Shown: piece by piece, positions 52,291 through 63,600 of the stretch
How the letters are laid out: each line of letters starts with the position of its first letter
How positions within the stretch are numbered: the stretch's first letter is position 1
Assembly: GCA_942492635.1 (NCBI GenBank)
Contig: CALOFP010000001.1
Span: 799,039-863,038, forward strand
Reading direction: 5' to 3'
Length of the DNA stretch: 64,000 nucleotides
From: an uncultured bacterium
GTDB taxonomy: Bacteria; UBP6; UBA1177; CALOFP01
Position numbers and translations under genes: made by a program
Notes under the pieces: model-generated
Told to the model about the DNA's origin: nothing
Seen by the model: only the letters and a program-made list of their open reading frames with translations
Database searches by the model: none

Positions 52291-52460
52291 ATCGCTGCTC
52301 TAAAAAAGGGGTCTTCTCCAGAATCTGTGGGTCTAAGTTAAGAAATTCAGCTTAAAGCTAGCAAGATTTTGAAGATAATTTTGAAAATTTACGCATCCTC
52401 AATATCTTTTTAATCACGACAAAAAAAAGGAGTGAGGATGCGCCTTAAAACAATACTAAA

Positions 52461-52673
52461 TCAAAGCTTACAATTCAATAAATTCATAATAGATGAAGCA
52501 AAATTTTCTTGATTGTAATTGACGACTTCATCTGTTTCGCTGTTTGTTCTGCTCTTGAGGTTGCCGCTGAGGGTGTATTCGTAGGAATTCCCATATTTGG
52601 TCAACCTGTCATGACTGTCGTAAGTTATTTCACTTGCAGGGATACTCTTTGCGGAATCGGATGATTCATACAA
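52461..52673 (-). pseudogene. orphan rhs fragment (about 180-bp, roughly 95%-identical duplicate of an internal segment of the RHS gene at 54478-54660)
   Basis: The nucleotide identity to 54478-54660 is directly visible, with a 6-nt and a 3-nt indel. The encoded peptide (SSDSAKSIPASEITYDSHDRLTKYG...TLSGNLKSRTNSETDEVVNY) then diverges and terminates. Confidence 0.7.
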
Positions 52674-52749
52674 AATGGATTATCCATTATCCCAAAGCAT
52701 GTGTCATATTTATAGATCTTCAACTTAATAACATCAAACCCATACAACT

Positions 52750-53448
52750 TTAAACAAAAGTAATTAAAGCTGTAAAAACCAATATTAAAAGGAAAGAAAA
52801 TCCAAAAAGGTAGCTCCAAGTCTTTTTTTTGCGACTAATTTTCATAAGATTCAGTAAAGTAAAAAGAGAACTGTAAAAATAAATTAAAGGTAATACCACT
52901 ATTACAGTCGTAAAGAACAGCTGGGAAAAAATAATGACATTGTAGTCATCTAAAGTAAGAAACGAATTCTTCAACACATATAGGGCGAGCCCTGAAAGCA
53001 AGAAAAAAATTGCAGCCTTAAAGTTCTTTTTAAACAAACAAATCCATTTTAAAACATCATCACTACTATTTCCCATTGAATTAATAAAATAGCTTTTACC
53101 TGCGTAAAGAAAAATGGGAACGACAATAATCATGGAATTGCTAACTATCGTCTGAAACAGACTAAAAAAAACGGTTAAATAGTACTTGTTTATATAGCAA
53201 AAAGAAAGAAGGAGACAAATGAAAGATATTGGCCAATTTTTTCTTGCTTTCGAATTTAATTGAGAATCAACATTCAAAATACCGGCAAATGCAAAACCAG
53301 CCACATAAACTATAAAAATCAAAAGATTTTTTATCAACGCATTACTAACAAAAAACAATAGTACACGACCTGTTCTCAGCTCAGAAAAAAATGTTATCAT
53401 CAATGCAAAAACAATTAAATGGCAAGCAAAATATTTTACAATATTCAT
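52750..53448 (-). CDS. polytopic membrane protein, candidate immunity protein for the RHS toxin
   Basis: It has about 6 predicted TM helices and lies immediately downstream of the RHS toxin gene, overlapping it. AT-rich codon usage is typical of rhs toxin/immunity tips. Confidence 0.5.
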   Translation of the reverse strand: MNIVKYFACHLIVFALMITFFSELRTGRVLLFFVSNALIKNLLIFIVYVAGFAFAGILNVDSQLNSKARKNWPISFICLLLSFCYINKYYLTVFFSLFQTIVSNSMIIVVPIFLYAGKSYFINSMGNSSDDVLKWICLFKKNFKAAIFFLLSGLALYVLKNSFLTLDDYNVIIFSQLFFTTVIVVLPLIYFYSSLFTLLNLMKISRKKKTWSYLFGFSFLLILVFTALITFV

Positions 53449-53458
53449 AGTTTTCCTA

Positions 53459-56400
53459 TTACTCAACTATCAATGTACCCAGTTTCTTAATATCCGTATT
53501 ATCTGTCTTGCGAAAGAACATTTTCCTCCACCAAGGCTGAAAATTGTCGGAAACTGTATCTGTTTTAGTGTTGTTCAACATATCTCTTAAACCAATCCAT
53601 TCATCATTTTTCGTTGCGGCTATGCACCCTGTAGTACGACCGGGTTTGTGCAATCTAAAATGATCCCTTCCTGTTGGACCATGAATGTCGTCTCTAGGAC
53701 TGTTATCAATGAAATCCAATCTAAAAAAGTCTGGATTAGGATGGTAAAGAATCTCATATTCTCCTTTAGGTATTGGATCACCGTAGGGCTTACCACCAGA
53801 TTCAACACTGATTTCAAAATGTTCTCCGGTATCTGTATCGGTAGCGGATAAAACACCGGCTTCAGAGTTATAAAGAATTTCCACAACTAATCCTCTCGTA
53901 TCCACAAAATTCACCGGATCATTGCCGCAATACTCATAAAGATTCAACGTCCCACCTTTGAACCTTATCGGATCTTTTGCTGTCCATCTTCCGGTTTCTG
54001 GGTCGTAATCTCTTGCTCCGAAACGAACGAGGCCGGTATCCTTATCGTGCAGGCCTCCGGCGAAGCCGAATTCGATGTCGAATGTGCCTGTTTCGCTCGC
54101 AATTTTTCCGAATGTGTCGTAGTCAATTCTCTTTTTAACATCACCTGTGGATGATTCCACTACCATTCGGACACTTCCGATATGGTCTGAGATAACCAGG
54201 TACTTTTTCCATCCGCTTGAGGTGTTTTTCATGATGTAATCCGGAACATTCTTTTTGGATGCATAGACATAGTATTCAACCAGATTGTTCGACGCATCGA
54301 GTTTTGCAACAGGGTTGAGGCTGTCTTTATAAAGGAATTTGTATTCCCAGATATAACTAGGCTCTCCAATTCTTTTGACAAGTTTTCCTATTCTCCTGTT
54401 TCTTCCGTCAACAATATACTCGATTTTTTTAGTTTCGGAAACACCGTCACCAATATTTACTTCAAGTAGATTACCGAATTGATCGTAGTGGTAGTTGACG
54501 ACTTCATCTGTTTCGCTGTTTGTCCTGCTCTTGAGGTTGCCGCTGAGGGTGTATTCGTAGGAATATTTCCCATATTTGGTCAACCTGTCATGGCTGTCGT
54601 AAGTTATTTCACTTGCAGGGACACTCTTTGCGGAATCGGATGATGTAAAGGATGTTCTGTTGCCCTGTTTGTCATAAGTGTATGTTTCAATTACTGAGTT
54701 GTTTTTACTGACCTCTATAATTCTTCCTGCATCATCGTATTCGTAGCTCTTTGTTACTGCCGGTGCATCCTTTATTTTTTCTTCAAGAGTGGTGATTCTT
54801 CCGAGATAATCCCTGTGGTAGAATTCTTCACCAATTTGGCCATTGTATTTTACATTGAAGTAATCAACGGCACCGTATTTGGAAGTGACCTCTTTTATTT
54901 CGCCATATTTATTGTAGGTGTAAACTTTTTTAGATTTCACTGTGTTTCCTGTGACATTTTTTACCACACTGATGAGTGAAGTGTTCGGTTCATACTCAAA
55001 TTTGATATCCTCAACTCCAGAAACAATTCCATAATCATCAATCGCAATATCAACACCTTTGAAGGACAGTTTAGTAGGCTCCATAAAATCGTTATACGTC
55101 ATGGATACCGCACCCCAGGTGCTGCTGTTTACTTTCAAGCTTTCACTACTTAAAAGTGATCCGTCGTAAGTGTAGTTCAGCGTGGCCACATCGCTTTCAT
55201 CGCCTCTTTCTATGGTTCTTTTCATACTTTCGAGTTTTCCTAAAGCGGAACTCGAGCTATGATAACCATATTCCACTTTTCCATTGCTGCCGATCCTCAC
55301 TTCTCTCAACTTACCGTCTCCGTTGGTAGCGGTTCCGGAATCACAGGAGTTATCCCAGCAGTATTCAATTTTCTCAACGCCACTATCAGACGGGATTTCA
55401 ACAGAAGTTACCCGAAGATCCTTATTGAGACCGTAGGTTGTTTTAAGGTTTCCCGCTAAAACACCTCCAACTGAAGGCGGCTGGTAGTACTGTTCCGTAT
55501 CATAAGGATCGTAATTGAATTCGTGACGCTCATTTTTCGGAGTTGTTATGGACACCATGTTTCCGTCGGCATCGTAATCGAACAGAACGTCTCTGTCACC
55601 GGGAAGAGTAGCTGCCAGAGGTCTTCCGATGTTGTCCCAATCTGTGAAAGATGTTGTTACAGACTTTGCTGAATTAACTTGCACCTTAACTGCCTGTAGA
55701 TAGCCTCTTCCATTGTAGGAATACTCTGTCAGTCTTGATCCCTGAGTTATTTTGTGAATCTTTCCCGAAGCCGCACCGTTTCCAGCTCCATTGTATTCAT
55801 ATTTAACGGGATTGAATGTGGTTCCTGCACCGAAACCGGCTTCTATCACCCGACCTACGCCGTTAAGTACTTGGTAGTTTTTAATATTTCCGTGTGCGGC
55901 ACTTTTCTCAACGGATATCTTTCTGTCTGATCTTGTGTAGGTATTTATGATTTTTCTGACAGAGTCCAAAGACTGAAGATCAGCAACAGGTGCCGCCCCA
56001 CCGACAAAATATGTTGTGGTTGTCAATGAATCAAAGTCCATCATCGCTTCAGAATCTTTGAAAAGGATCGGAACGCCACCTTCCCTTTCTTCTTTCACTA
56101 TTTTTTGGTAGGTGTGTGAGCCGGTTTGGTACAAAGTTTTGTCAATACTTGGCTTCGCCGGTCCAAAAACTGAACTCGGAATGGAGTGCTGTTCTAATTT
56201 AGTGCCATCGCTTTTTACCACCTTTGAGTACATTCCATTCATCGATTCAGCAAACTCATTTGTCCCGTCTGGCTTTATCACAACTGCTTTTTTACTTATC
56301 CCTCCTTCAGAAAAGTATTTTGTATTCACTCTTCCCTGAGGTGAAGTCTCCTGAATTTTCATTGCAACCCTGACAGATTCCTGGAGAAAATTTGAAGGAG

Positions 56401-59400
56401 CTGATTTAAATACAGAGACTCCGTCCTCATCTTCCACCGTTTCGGAATTTATATTAAAAGTTCCGCCATTCGGGTATTTAATTTCATTTAAACCTCCTCG
56501 TGAATTGTACTCGAAATCATAAGAATGTTTTGGAGTTGACTTAGATGCTATCAGTCCTTTCGGAAGATCACTTTCTTCATGGTATTGGAACGCGTATCGC
56601 TCTTCTCCGTTTGATATACTTTTTGCATAACCTTCTTGATCTAAAAGAATTGTTACAGAATGACCACCAGGAGTAGAAAATACTACTGAATTTCCAGATC
56701 TATTTATATTCGTAACACGTCCACCGAAACAACTTTGATCGTTTCCTGAACACTCTTTTATCTGTGATAGAAACCCATTGTCATCATACTGGAAGAGATA
56801 AACGGGATGTCCGGTCAAAGCGTTAACTGTTTTCATGTGCTTTCCATCTTTACTGAATGTATAGATGTGATCTCCCTGTGCAGATGGTACTTTAGTTTTA
56901 AAAAGATTTGACTGCACCTTGAGAATCCTTGCTGTACCCCACCAGTTACCACTATTGTCTGAAATTGCATTTTCAGCGACATATAAAGAGCCATCTGCTC
57001 CAAAATCTATTCCCGAAGGCATTGTTATGTCAAAATCTCTGGGATGACGCATATCATTTGCTTTTACTTCCGAATATAAATGATTGAAAGCATCATCTCC
57101 CAATCGATATTTCTCAGTACCTGTTCCCAGAACTATCTCTATTATGCTATCCTTATTACCACCAGGAATTTTACGAACAACGTTACTAACTTCATTTACC
57201 ACACCCTGCTCTTTTTTCAACCAACTTACACTATCTGACATGTAGAGATTATCATCTTCATCAAACACAAGTTTATCAGGAGCAATTAACAGCGCTTCTC
57301 GTGCAGGTACTCCATCACCCTGATAAACTGTTTTTGCCATTAATCCAGGTTTGCCGGCGACTATTTCAGAAATATAAAGACCATCGGAAAAAGGATGCTT
57401 CACCAATTTTTTTACACAGTAATCGGTTGTTGAGCTGTAGTAGAGCTCCCCTTTGCTGTTGAAGGTAATTCCGAGCATCCTGTCGGACGTTTCGAAAATT
57501 TGATCACAAATGCCTTTTCCTTCACTGTTAAAAGCCAGGCGACATATTCTGTTTTTCTGTACAGATGCTTCTGTAAAATAAACGCTATTATCCAATTTGT
57601 TATATGTAATGGCATCTATAGGATTGAATCCGTACATTGGGGTACTGTAAACCAGTTCCGCATTGCCCGATTCTGATGAAATATCGTATCTGTATATCCT
57701 GGCAGAACTATTTCTAGTTTCATTTCCCACTCTATCCGCCATACTCCTTAAAATATAAATATTATTATCTTTGGTAATAGCGATACTTCCTATTGTATCA
57801 GCTGTAAAGTTCGGTCTATTTGAAGGAAGTCCTGACATATTTTCCAACTCCCACAGAGTCTTTACTTCCTTCGTCTCAGCATCCATTACTTTAAGATAAC
57901 CGGCCTGCACCGTAAGTGCTGTAAAAAACAGATCTCCATTCTGATGAAAATCAATATCAGGTGGGTTACCATGACCATGTGCAATAGTGAGAACCATATC
58001 TCGATTCAAATTCGACTTCCCGCATCCCTCTGTAATTACTCCTGTACGTTTGTCATATACTTTTTGCACATTAAGAGCAAATCCCCCCAATCCAAAGGCA
58101 TCTTTGTGTCTGATTTTTCCGGCATTTGAACTCCAACTTCTGGATGCTCTATATTCATGTTTTTCATTACTGTTATCTGGATTTTTAATATAGTAAATGT
58201 ATTCTACCCGGACATTTACAGGCTGGGCTCCCTGTAATTCTCGATTATACTGATCTTTAGGACTCAAGGTTATGTTGTACTTCATACCCGGAGACAAAGT
58301 ATGCTCAATGTCTTTAGATAGGGCTCCCGAAACAACGCTAATTGTCTCTATACAGTCACAATCGCTTCTGTCTTTACAGGTTTCTTCACATGAATTCCCA
58401 ATCCAGCAAAATTCACTTCCCGAATTACAAAAAGCTCTGCTACTTGATCTTTCTGCATAAGTCGTAGTTACGATCACACCTACGAGCTCATCAGAGATCG
58501 CACCTTCATTCAGTATAGGAACACTCAACACTTCTTCGTTTCTTCCTATAGCTCCTCTATTTGAATAAGAAAGAGAAAACGGAGTTCCTGGGATATCAAC
58601 AACATCACACAATTCTTCTTCTGAAGTTATGTAGGGTTGCGGAGGTGACGGGATATCCGGGAGTACCAAAGGAGTCGGATTGTTTCTTGCAAAAGACCTC
58701 GAGCGATTTTCCGAGAAAAATTTTCCGCTATTTCTTACTCCGAAAGCCCCAAATTTATCGATCGGAATTCTTATAAGATTTAAAGACTCGTCAGGAGCTT
58801 CCGAATAGTATATTTGATGTAAGTTGTCTTTCTCTTCTTCCGAGAGTGTGAAATCACTTGATCTAACATCTACTTCAATACCTGATCCATTTCTTCTGAT
58901 TTCAATCGCTACACCTTCTTCAGACTGCTCCCACCTGTTTTCTTTCTCATTATAAAATTCAACACTGAGTGCATGTCCTACAGGTATATTCTTGTAGTTT
59001 TCCATGTAAACAGCGACAGGAGTACCATCGATCCGCAACTCTTTTTCAGACGTATTTTCTTCACTTACATTTATTATGTAACTGAAATTTTTCCCCTCTG
59101 CTGACCCCGGAGAATATGAAGTTATATTTTCATTTGTGCCCGCCGAATATTCTGTTGCACTAACAACAATAGAGTTCTCATAGTCAATATTCTCAACACT
59201 GGTATTCCTGTCATAAAAATAAGGTAATGAATCGGAAGCAAAAAGAAGAAGTGGAGCTCTCTCCGCTGTACCTTCTCCCAAAGATGTGGATTTGTGATAC
59301 TGCCATTTTCCAGGAACGATACCGAAATCCTTGATCTCTGTAGTTTTCGCATCCTTTTTCACAAGAATCAACTCTCCAATTTTGTTGTCTTTCTGCCAAC

Positions 59401-59995
59401 CTACATTAACTGTTCTCTGTGATGTAAGGTAACCGTTTTTCCTGAATTCTAACGTATATGTGCCACCATTTATTACCATCTCATATTTTCCATTACTTTT
59501 TTGTGTTGAAGTGAGACCGTATTCAGGATGGTTGTATATAGAAATTGCAGGTGTTACTGAAGGAATTATTTCGTCTCCATTGGTTTCATAAACATTTCCA
59601 AACAAGAGAGCAATCCTTTCGTCTTTGAGCAGATCAGGATTCACACCACTTTGAACTGGATTGTCCCCGGTAAAAAGATGAGAAACCAGCATTTTCATTG
59701 TTGTTGGAATAGTCTGGTCAAATTGAGCAACATCTCCTCCAGCGGGAACAGTTAATGAAAGAGTGGAAAAATTGGTAGTCAAATCGTTTTCAGTCGCCTG
59801 TTTAATATCAAAAGCTCTTACTGCAAGATCGTAACTATGATCCGGCAATAGCGATTTTATGCTGTAATAGCATAATCCAGCAGAACAGACATCTTCGTCA
59901 TATACTGTTTTTAGAAGATCCCCATCCACATATATTTCATATTTCCATATAAAAGAATCATCTAGTGCCTGATTCCAGTCAACGACCACCCCCAA
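53459..59995 (-). CDS. RHS/YD-repeat polymorphic toxin (2178 aa) with transthyretin-like and NHL-like N-terminal regions, and an L,D-transpeptidase-like (Tlde1-like) C-terminal toxin domain
   Basis: It contains many YD repeats (YDADGNMVSI, YTYDKQGNRTSF, YEYDDAGRIIEV and others) and the RHS core end motif (GNDPVNFVDTRGL). The 145-aa C-terminal tip that follows contains IHGPTGRDHFRLHKPGRTTGCIAA. The annotated start is a TTG abutting the IS200 end, so the ORF is open up to the IS and the N-terminus is probably truncated. Confidence 0.85.
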   Translation of the reverse strand: MGVVVDWNQALDDSFIWKYEIYVDGDLLKTVYDEDVCSAGLCYYSIKSLLPDHSYDLAVRAFDIKQATENDLTTNFSTLSLTVPAGGDVAQFDQTIPTTMKMLVSHLFTGDNPVQSGVNPDLLKDERIALLFGNVYETNGDEIIPSVTPAISIYNHPEYGLTSTQKSNGKYEMVINGGTYTLEFRKNGYLTSQRTVNVGWQKDNKIGELILVKKDAKTTEIKDFGIVPGKWQYHKSTSLGEGTAERAPLLLFASDSLPYFYDRNTSVENIDYENSIVVSATEYSAGTNENITSYSPGSAEGKNFSYIINVSEENTSEKELRIDGTPVAVYMENYKNIPVGHALSVEFYNEKENRWEQSEEGVAIEIRRNGSGIEVDVRSSDFTLSEEEKDNLHQIYYSEAPDESLNLIRIPIDKFGAFGVRNSGKFFSENRSRSFARNNPTPLVLPDIPSPPQPYITSEEELCDVVDIPGTPFSLSYSNRGAIGRNEEVLSVPILNEGAISDELVGVIVTTTYAERSSSRAFCNSGSEFCWIGNSCEETCKDRSDCDCIETISVVSGALSKDIEHTLSPGMKYNITLSPKDQYNRELQGAQPVNVRVEYIYYIKNPDNSNEKHEYRASRSWSSNAGKIRHKDAFGLGGFALNVQKVYDKRTGVITEGCGKSNLNRDMVLTIAHGHGNPPDIDFHQNGDLFFTALTVQAGYLKVMDAETKEVKTLWELENMSGLPSNRPNFTADTIGSIAITKDNNIYILRSMADRVGNETRNSSARIYRYDISSESGNAELVYSTPMYGFNPIDAITYNKLDNSVYFTEASVQKNRICRLAFNSEGKGICDQIFETSDRMLGITFNSKGELYYSSTTDYCVKKLVKHPFSDGLYISEIVAGKPGLMAKTVYQGDGVPAREALLIAPDKLVFDEDDNLYMSDSVSWLKKEQGVVNEVSNVVRKIPGGNKDSIIEIVLGTGTEKYRLGDDAFNHLYSEVKANDMRHPRDFDITMPSGIDFGADGSLYVAENAISDNSGNWWGTARILKVQSNLFKTKVPSAQGDHIYTFSKDGKHMKTVNALTGHPVYLFQYDDNGFLSQIKECSGNDQSCFGGRVTNINRSGNSVVFSTPGGHSVTILLDQEGYAKSISNGEERYAFQYHEESDLPKGLIASKSTPKHSYDFEYNSRGGLNEIKYPNGGTFNINSETVEDEDGVSVFKSAPSNFLQESVRVAMKIQETSPQGRVNTKYFSEGGISKKAVVIKPDGTNEFAESMNGMYSKVVKSDGTKLEQHSIPSSVFGPAKPSIDKTLYQTGSHTYQKIVKEEREGGVPILFKDSEAMMDFDSLTTTTYFVGGAAPVADLQSLDSVRKIINTYTRSDRKISVEKSAAHGNIKNYQVLNGVGRVIEAGFGAGTTFNPVKYEYNGAGNGAASGKIHKITQGSRLTEYSYNGRGYLQAVKVQVNSAKSVTTSFTDWDNIGRPLAATLPGDRDVLFDYDADGNMVSITTPKNERHEFNYDPYDTEQYYQPPSVGGVLAGNLKTTYGLNKDLRVTSVEIPSDSGVEKIEYCWDNSCDSGTATNGDGKLREVRIGSNGKVEYGYHSSSSALGKLESMKRTIERGDESDVATLNYTYDGSLLSSESLKVNSSTWGAVSMTYNDFMEPTKLSFKGVDIAIDDYGIVSGVEDIKFEYEPNTSLISVVKNVTGNTVKSKKVYTYNKYGEIKEVTSKYGAVDYFNVKYNGQIGEEFYHRDYLGRITTLEEKIKDAPAVTKSYEYDDAGRIIEVSKNNSVIETYTYDKQGNRTSFTSSDSAKSVPASEITYDSHDRLTKYGKYSYEYTLSGNLKSRTNSETDEVVNYHYDQFGNLLEVNIGDGVSETKKIEYIVDGRNRRIGKLVKRIGEPSYIWEYKFLYKDSLNPVAKLDASNNLVEYYVYASKKNVPDYIMKNTSSGWKKYLVISDHIGSVRMVVESSTGDVKKRIDYDTFGKIASETGTFDIEFGFAGGLHDKDTGLVRFGARDYDPETGRWTAKDPIRFKGGTLNLYEYCGNDPVNFVDTRGLVVEILYNSEAGVLSATDTDTGEHFEISVESGGKPYGDPIPKGEYEILYHPNPDFFRLDFIDNSPRDDIHGPTGRDHFRLHKPGRTTGCIAATKNDEWIGLRDMLNNTKTDTVSDNFQPWWRKMFFRKTDNTDIKKLGTLIVE

Positions 59996-59997
59996 AG

Positions 59998-60605
59998 GAG
60001 GTGGCTTGGGATTTGCCCCTAAAAGGTGGCATGTTCTAATAAGTTTTCAATATAACCGCAGGATCTACCAATTATTTAGATTCTTTTTCCTGCTTTTCCT
60101 GATACTTTACATACTTGCGAATATTTTCCTCATCCAATCCAACTGTAGTTAAGCAATAACCTTTTGCCCAAAAATGCCTGCCCCAAAATCTTTTCCCAAG
60201 CCTTTCGAACTTGTTGAACAAACGGACTGCCAACTTGCCTTTCAGATATCCCATGAAATCTGAAATACAATATTTTGGTGGAATAGAAATTAGAAGGTGA
60301 ACATGATCTTCCTGAACGTTGAGTTCAATAATTTCTACCATATCTTTATAACTACAAAGTTTATATATCTCGGCCCTCACAAAAGCCTCAACATCTCCCC
60401 GAAGTATTTTGAAACGATACTTTGGAGTAAAAACTATATGATATTTGCATTCATAAACACTGTGTGATAACTTGCTTAACCTTGTCATTATGTACCTCCT
60501 CAAAAAGTGCCACCTTTTAGGGAGGTACATCATAATCATTTTTTTTCACAACCCCTAAAAACGCTATAAGCTTTTTAGCGGACTACTGCCATAGGCAGTA
60601 GATTA
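59998..60605 (-). mobile_element. IS200/IS605-family insertion sequence (tnpA only) with subterminal hairpins
   Basis: The tnpA gene is flanked by inverted CCCTAAAAGGTGGCA(C/T) sequences at about 60016-60032 and 60507-60522. Further hairpins lie at CCACCCCCAAAGGAGGTGG (59986-60004) and CTACTGCCATAGGCAGTAG (60582-60600). The boundaries are approximate. Confidence 0.75.
60072..60488 (-). CDS. tnpA: IS200/IS605 family transposase TnpA (HUH Y1)
   Basis: It has the HUH motif (HVHLL) and a catalytic Tyr region (GYCLTTVG). It is about 138 aa from the Met preceded by a GAGGAGG RBS. The track start at 60539 runs into the terminal hairpin. Confidence 0.85.
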   Translation of the reverse strand: MTRLSKLSHSVYECKYHIVFTPKYRFKILRGDVEAFVRAEIYKLCSYKDMVEIIELNVQEDHVHLLISIPPKYCISDFMGYLKGKLAVRLFNKFERLGKRFWGRHFWAKGYCLTTVGLDEENIRKYVKYQEKQEKESK

Positions 60606-60612
60606 AGTGAAT

Positions 60613-63600
60613 CTATTCAATCATAGCTCCGAAACTTTTGGGATCAGCGTGAATAGTAGCATCTGCCGGCCATGTTGGTGCGGAAGTGTCAGGAATAATT
60701 TTAAATTCAAAAAGTTCACTTGTTGTCGCAACTCTGTGTGGGTTATCTTCAGAAACAATTTTCCAAAAATATTTCTTGTTAGGTAAAAGGCCCTCTATTT
60801 CAAACTTTTTGTTCGCCCCTTCTTTCGCGCATAGTTTTATGTAAGAACCTGCCTGACCTGGATGCTCTAAAAGTTCTTCAGTACAAACTTCAACAAGTTT
60901 CATATTGTCGGGAGCATCTCCGAAATAAACTGAATAAACAATATTGTTTTCATCTGGATCGCCACCAGTCCACACCAAGCTGATCTTATCAGTCGTACCT
61001 GAAACAAAAGCTGCTCCATCACGGGGAAATATTGCCTCAGCTTTATGTGGAGCTTTGTTCGGCACACACATTCTAAGTGAAAGATCGATGTTATAACCCC
61101 TGATACAACTGCCTTTATCAGTCATACCATGATTCTCATTTATTTTCACACATCCATCTGTAGGATTGACTATCTCTTCCCCTGGTTTGCAATGACAACT
61201 GATCTGTTGCAATTCTGTTGAATAGAAACATACTGTGCCGGGATAGTATGAAGGACATGGATCATTCGGATAACAACTTGTTGGAACACAATTTCCTTTA
61301 CTGTCTAAAACAAATCCCTCTCGACATTCACATGCAGCATTTCCATAAATATCGAGTTTACAAAAAGAATGTGTTGGACAATCTTTCTGTTTGCAGGAGT
61401 TCTCAATACAAACAAATCCATCTGCTACGGCCCCCTTTTCACAACTACAGAAAGGATCCCCTGTAGTTTCATCGACTAAACATTTACCTGAGTTTCCACA
61501 TGAGATATTTGAGCAACTCTTTTTAGTGCAATTCCCATATGATCCCCATTTACCGTCGACACATTTTCTTTTCTTCATGTAACCAGGCTGGCAATATCTT
61601 GTTTCTATTTCAAAATTGCCATTTCTGCACTCATCACGGTCTATACAGTTACTCCATTGTTCCCATTTGCCTTTATTACAGCTCCTTGTTTTCTCTCCAT
61701 TCAAATTATGCCCACAAGCTATCTGCTCTATAGAACCTGTATTACACACACCCTCAACACATTTATCTGCTTCTCTTACAAAACCATTTTTACAAGTCCA
61801 ATCACAAAGCCCTGGTTTCTCCCATTCTGTCCCATTCCATTTTACTGTAACTTTTTTAACTATCGGAAGAGCATTAAGTGGGAAGTTATTTAAATCATCG
61901 TTACAATAGACACTCTTTGTTTCTGATCCAACACAAGCACCTTCGATTTTTTCAAATCCTTCATAACATTCCCAATCGCAAGTAGCAGCTTCATTCCATG
62001 CACCAGTACTTTCATTCCAAGTCACCTCGACATCAACCAATATCGAAGTGGCGTGTTCAGGCGCCTCGTTTTTACAGACCTCAGTTTTCGTTATTGAATT
62101 ATCGACACAACTACCATTTTCCTTGTGAAAACCATCTTCGCATTCCCACTTGCATTCTTCAGGCGTGCTCCACTTTATTCCATTCCATGTGGTAGTTACC
62201 TTACTTTTTATTAATGTTGCATGCTCAGGAAGATCTGGTTCTTTACAATCTTCCTGTCTTGTATTAGAAATACATTTTTTATAATCCTCTGTGTGATATC
62301 CGGATTTGCATCTCCAACTGCAGTTTCTTGGGGAACTCCATTTCGTACCATCCCAATAAACTTCTACATCTTTACTGTCGAGAGTTGCATTTGCAGGCGG
62401 ATTATTCGGACAAGAAACCTTTTTAGTATTCGAAACACATTTTGATGTGTTGGGATCTTTATGAAAACCATCATTACACTCGCAAACAGGCTGTCTTAAC
62501 AGATTAACTTTACATCTTGAATTTGAAGAACATGAATTGTTTCTACACACAACATCTTCACATTTACCTTTTATACAAGATCCTTGATAATAACATTCGC
62601 CTGGTTCACATCTCTTATGACAAGTTTCCAGAGTACCTTCATAGTTATCGTCACAGGAACAATTCGGTTCGCCTTCTTCACTTTTTATACAAAATCCATT
62701 AACAGAACAGTTTATAGTGTTGCATACATCAACACACTGCATATATCCTGAGTTAACATATCCTTTATTACATTTACAAACAGGTAGTTGACCGAATATT
62801 GATTTTTCAGGAACACATTTGCCGTTCCAGGAGCAAGAAAATCCTTCGCATTCGCCTCCACAGATATCATCTGGCTGTTCCCAACTATCTGCAGTAGAAT
62901 TTTCATTCATTGTGGTAACCCTGACCTCACAAGGAAAGTCACCACACTCACTGTTGTTTTCACATGGATTGACACATTCGAGATTATTTGCATCCAGAAA
63001 GTATCCGTCATTACATTTACAAGTTGCCTGTCCATTTTCAGATATACATTGTCCGTGACCGGAGCAGCTAACATTTATACATGGATCAGCGACACACTCC
63101 TCCCTTGACCAGACTTTGCCTGCAGGGCATTTGCTAACGCAATTAGGTCTATTTCCACTGTCGTACCTCAAAACAAATCCAGGGTCACAATCATATGAAA
63201 CAGAGGAAGAGCTTCCGTCATTAATACATTGACCATTTTCAATTTGAGCTGCATTTTTACATCTATCAACAACACAGTTTCCATTTATCTCAATATAACC
63301 GTCACTACAGCCACAGAATGATATCCCATTTTCGCTTTTACACTCATAGGCATTATTGTTGCTTCTACACTGATATGAACTACAACTCATGTGTTGTGGT
63401 TTGAAATCTCTGATCATCAATGGAGTATTCTGCAGTGTCAAACCTGTAGAGTATGAATATTTTTCAACTGTTTCTCCGATCGCAAAGTTTTCCAATGACT
63501 TGCTGAACAATAAAAACTGTCCAGGATTTGTGTATCCGGATGTTGTCTGATCTTGTGTGCCAAATTTAATCAGGTGTTGTGGACCAAATTTAAATATTGA

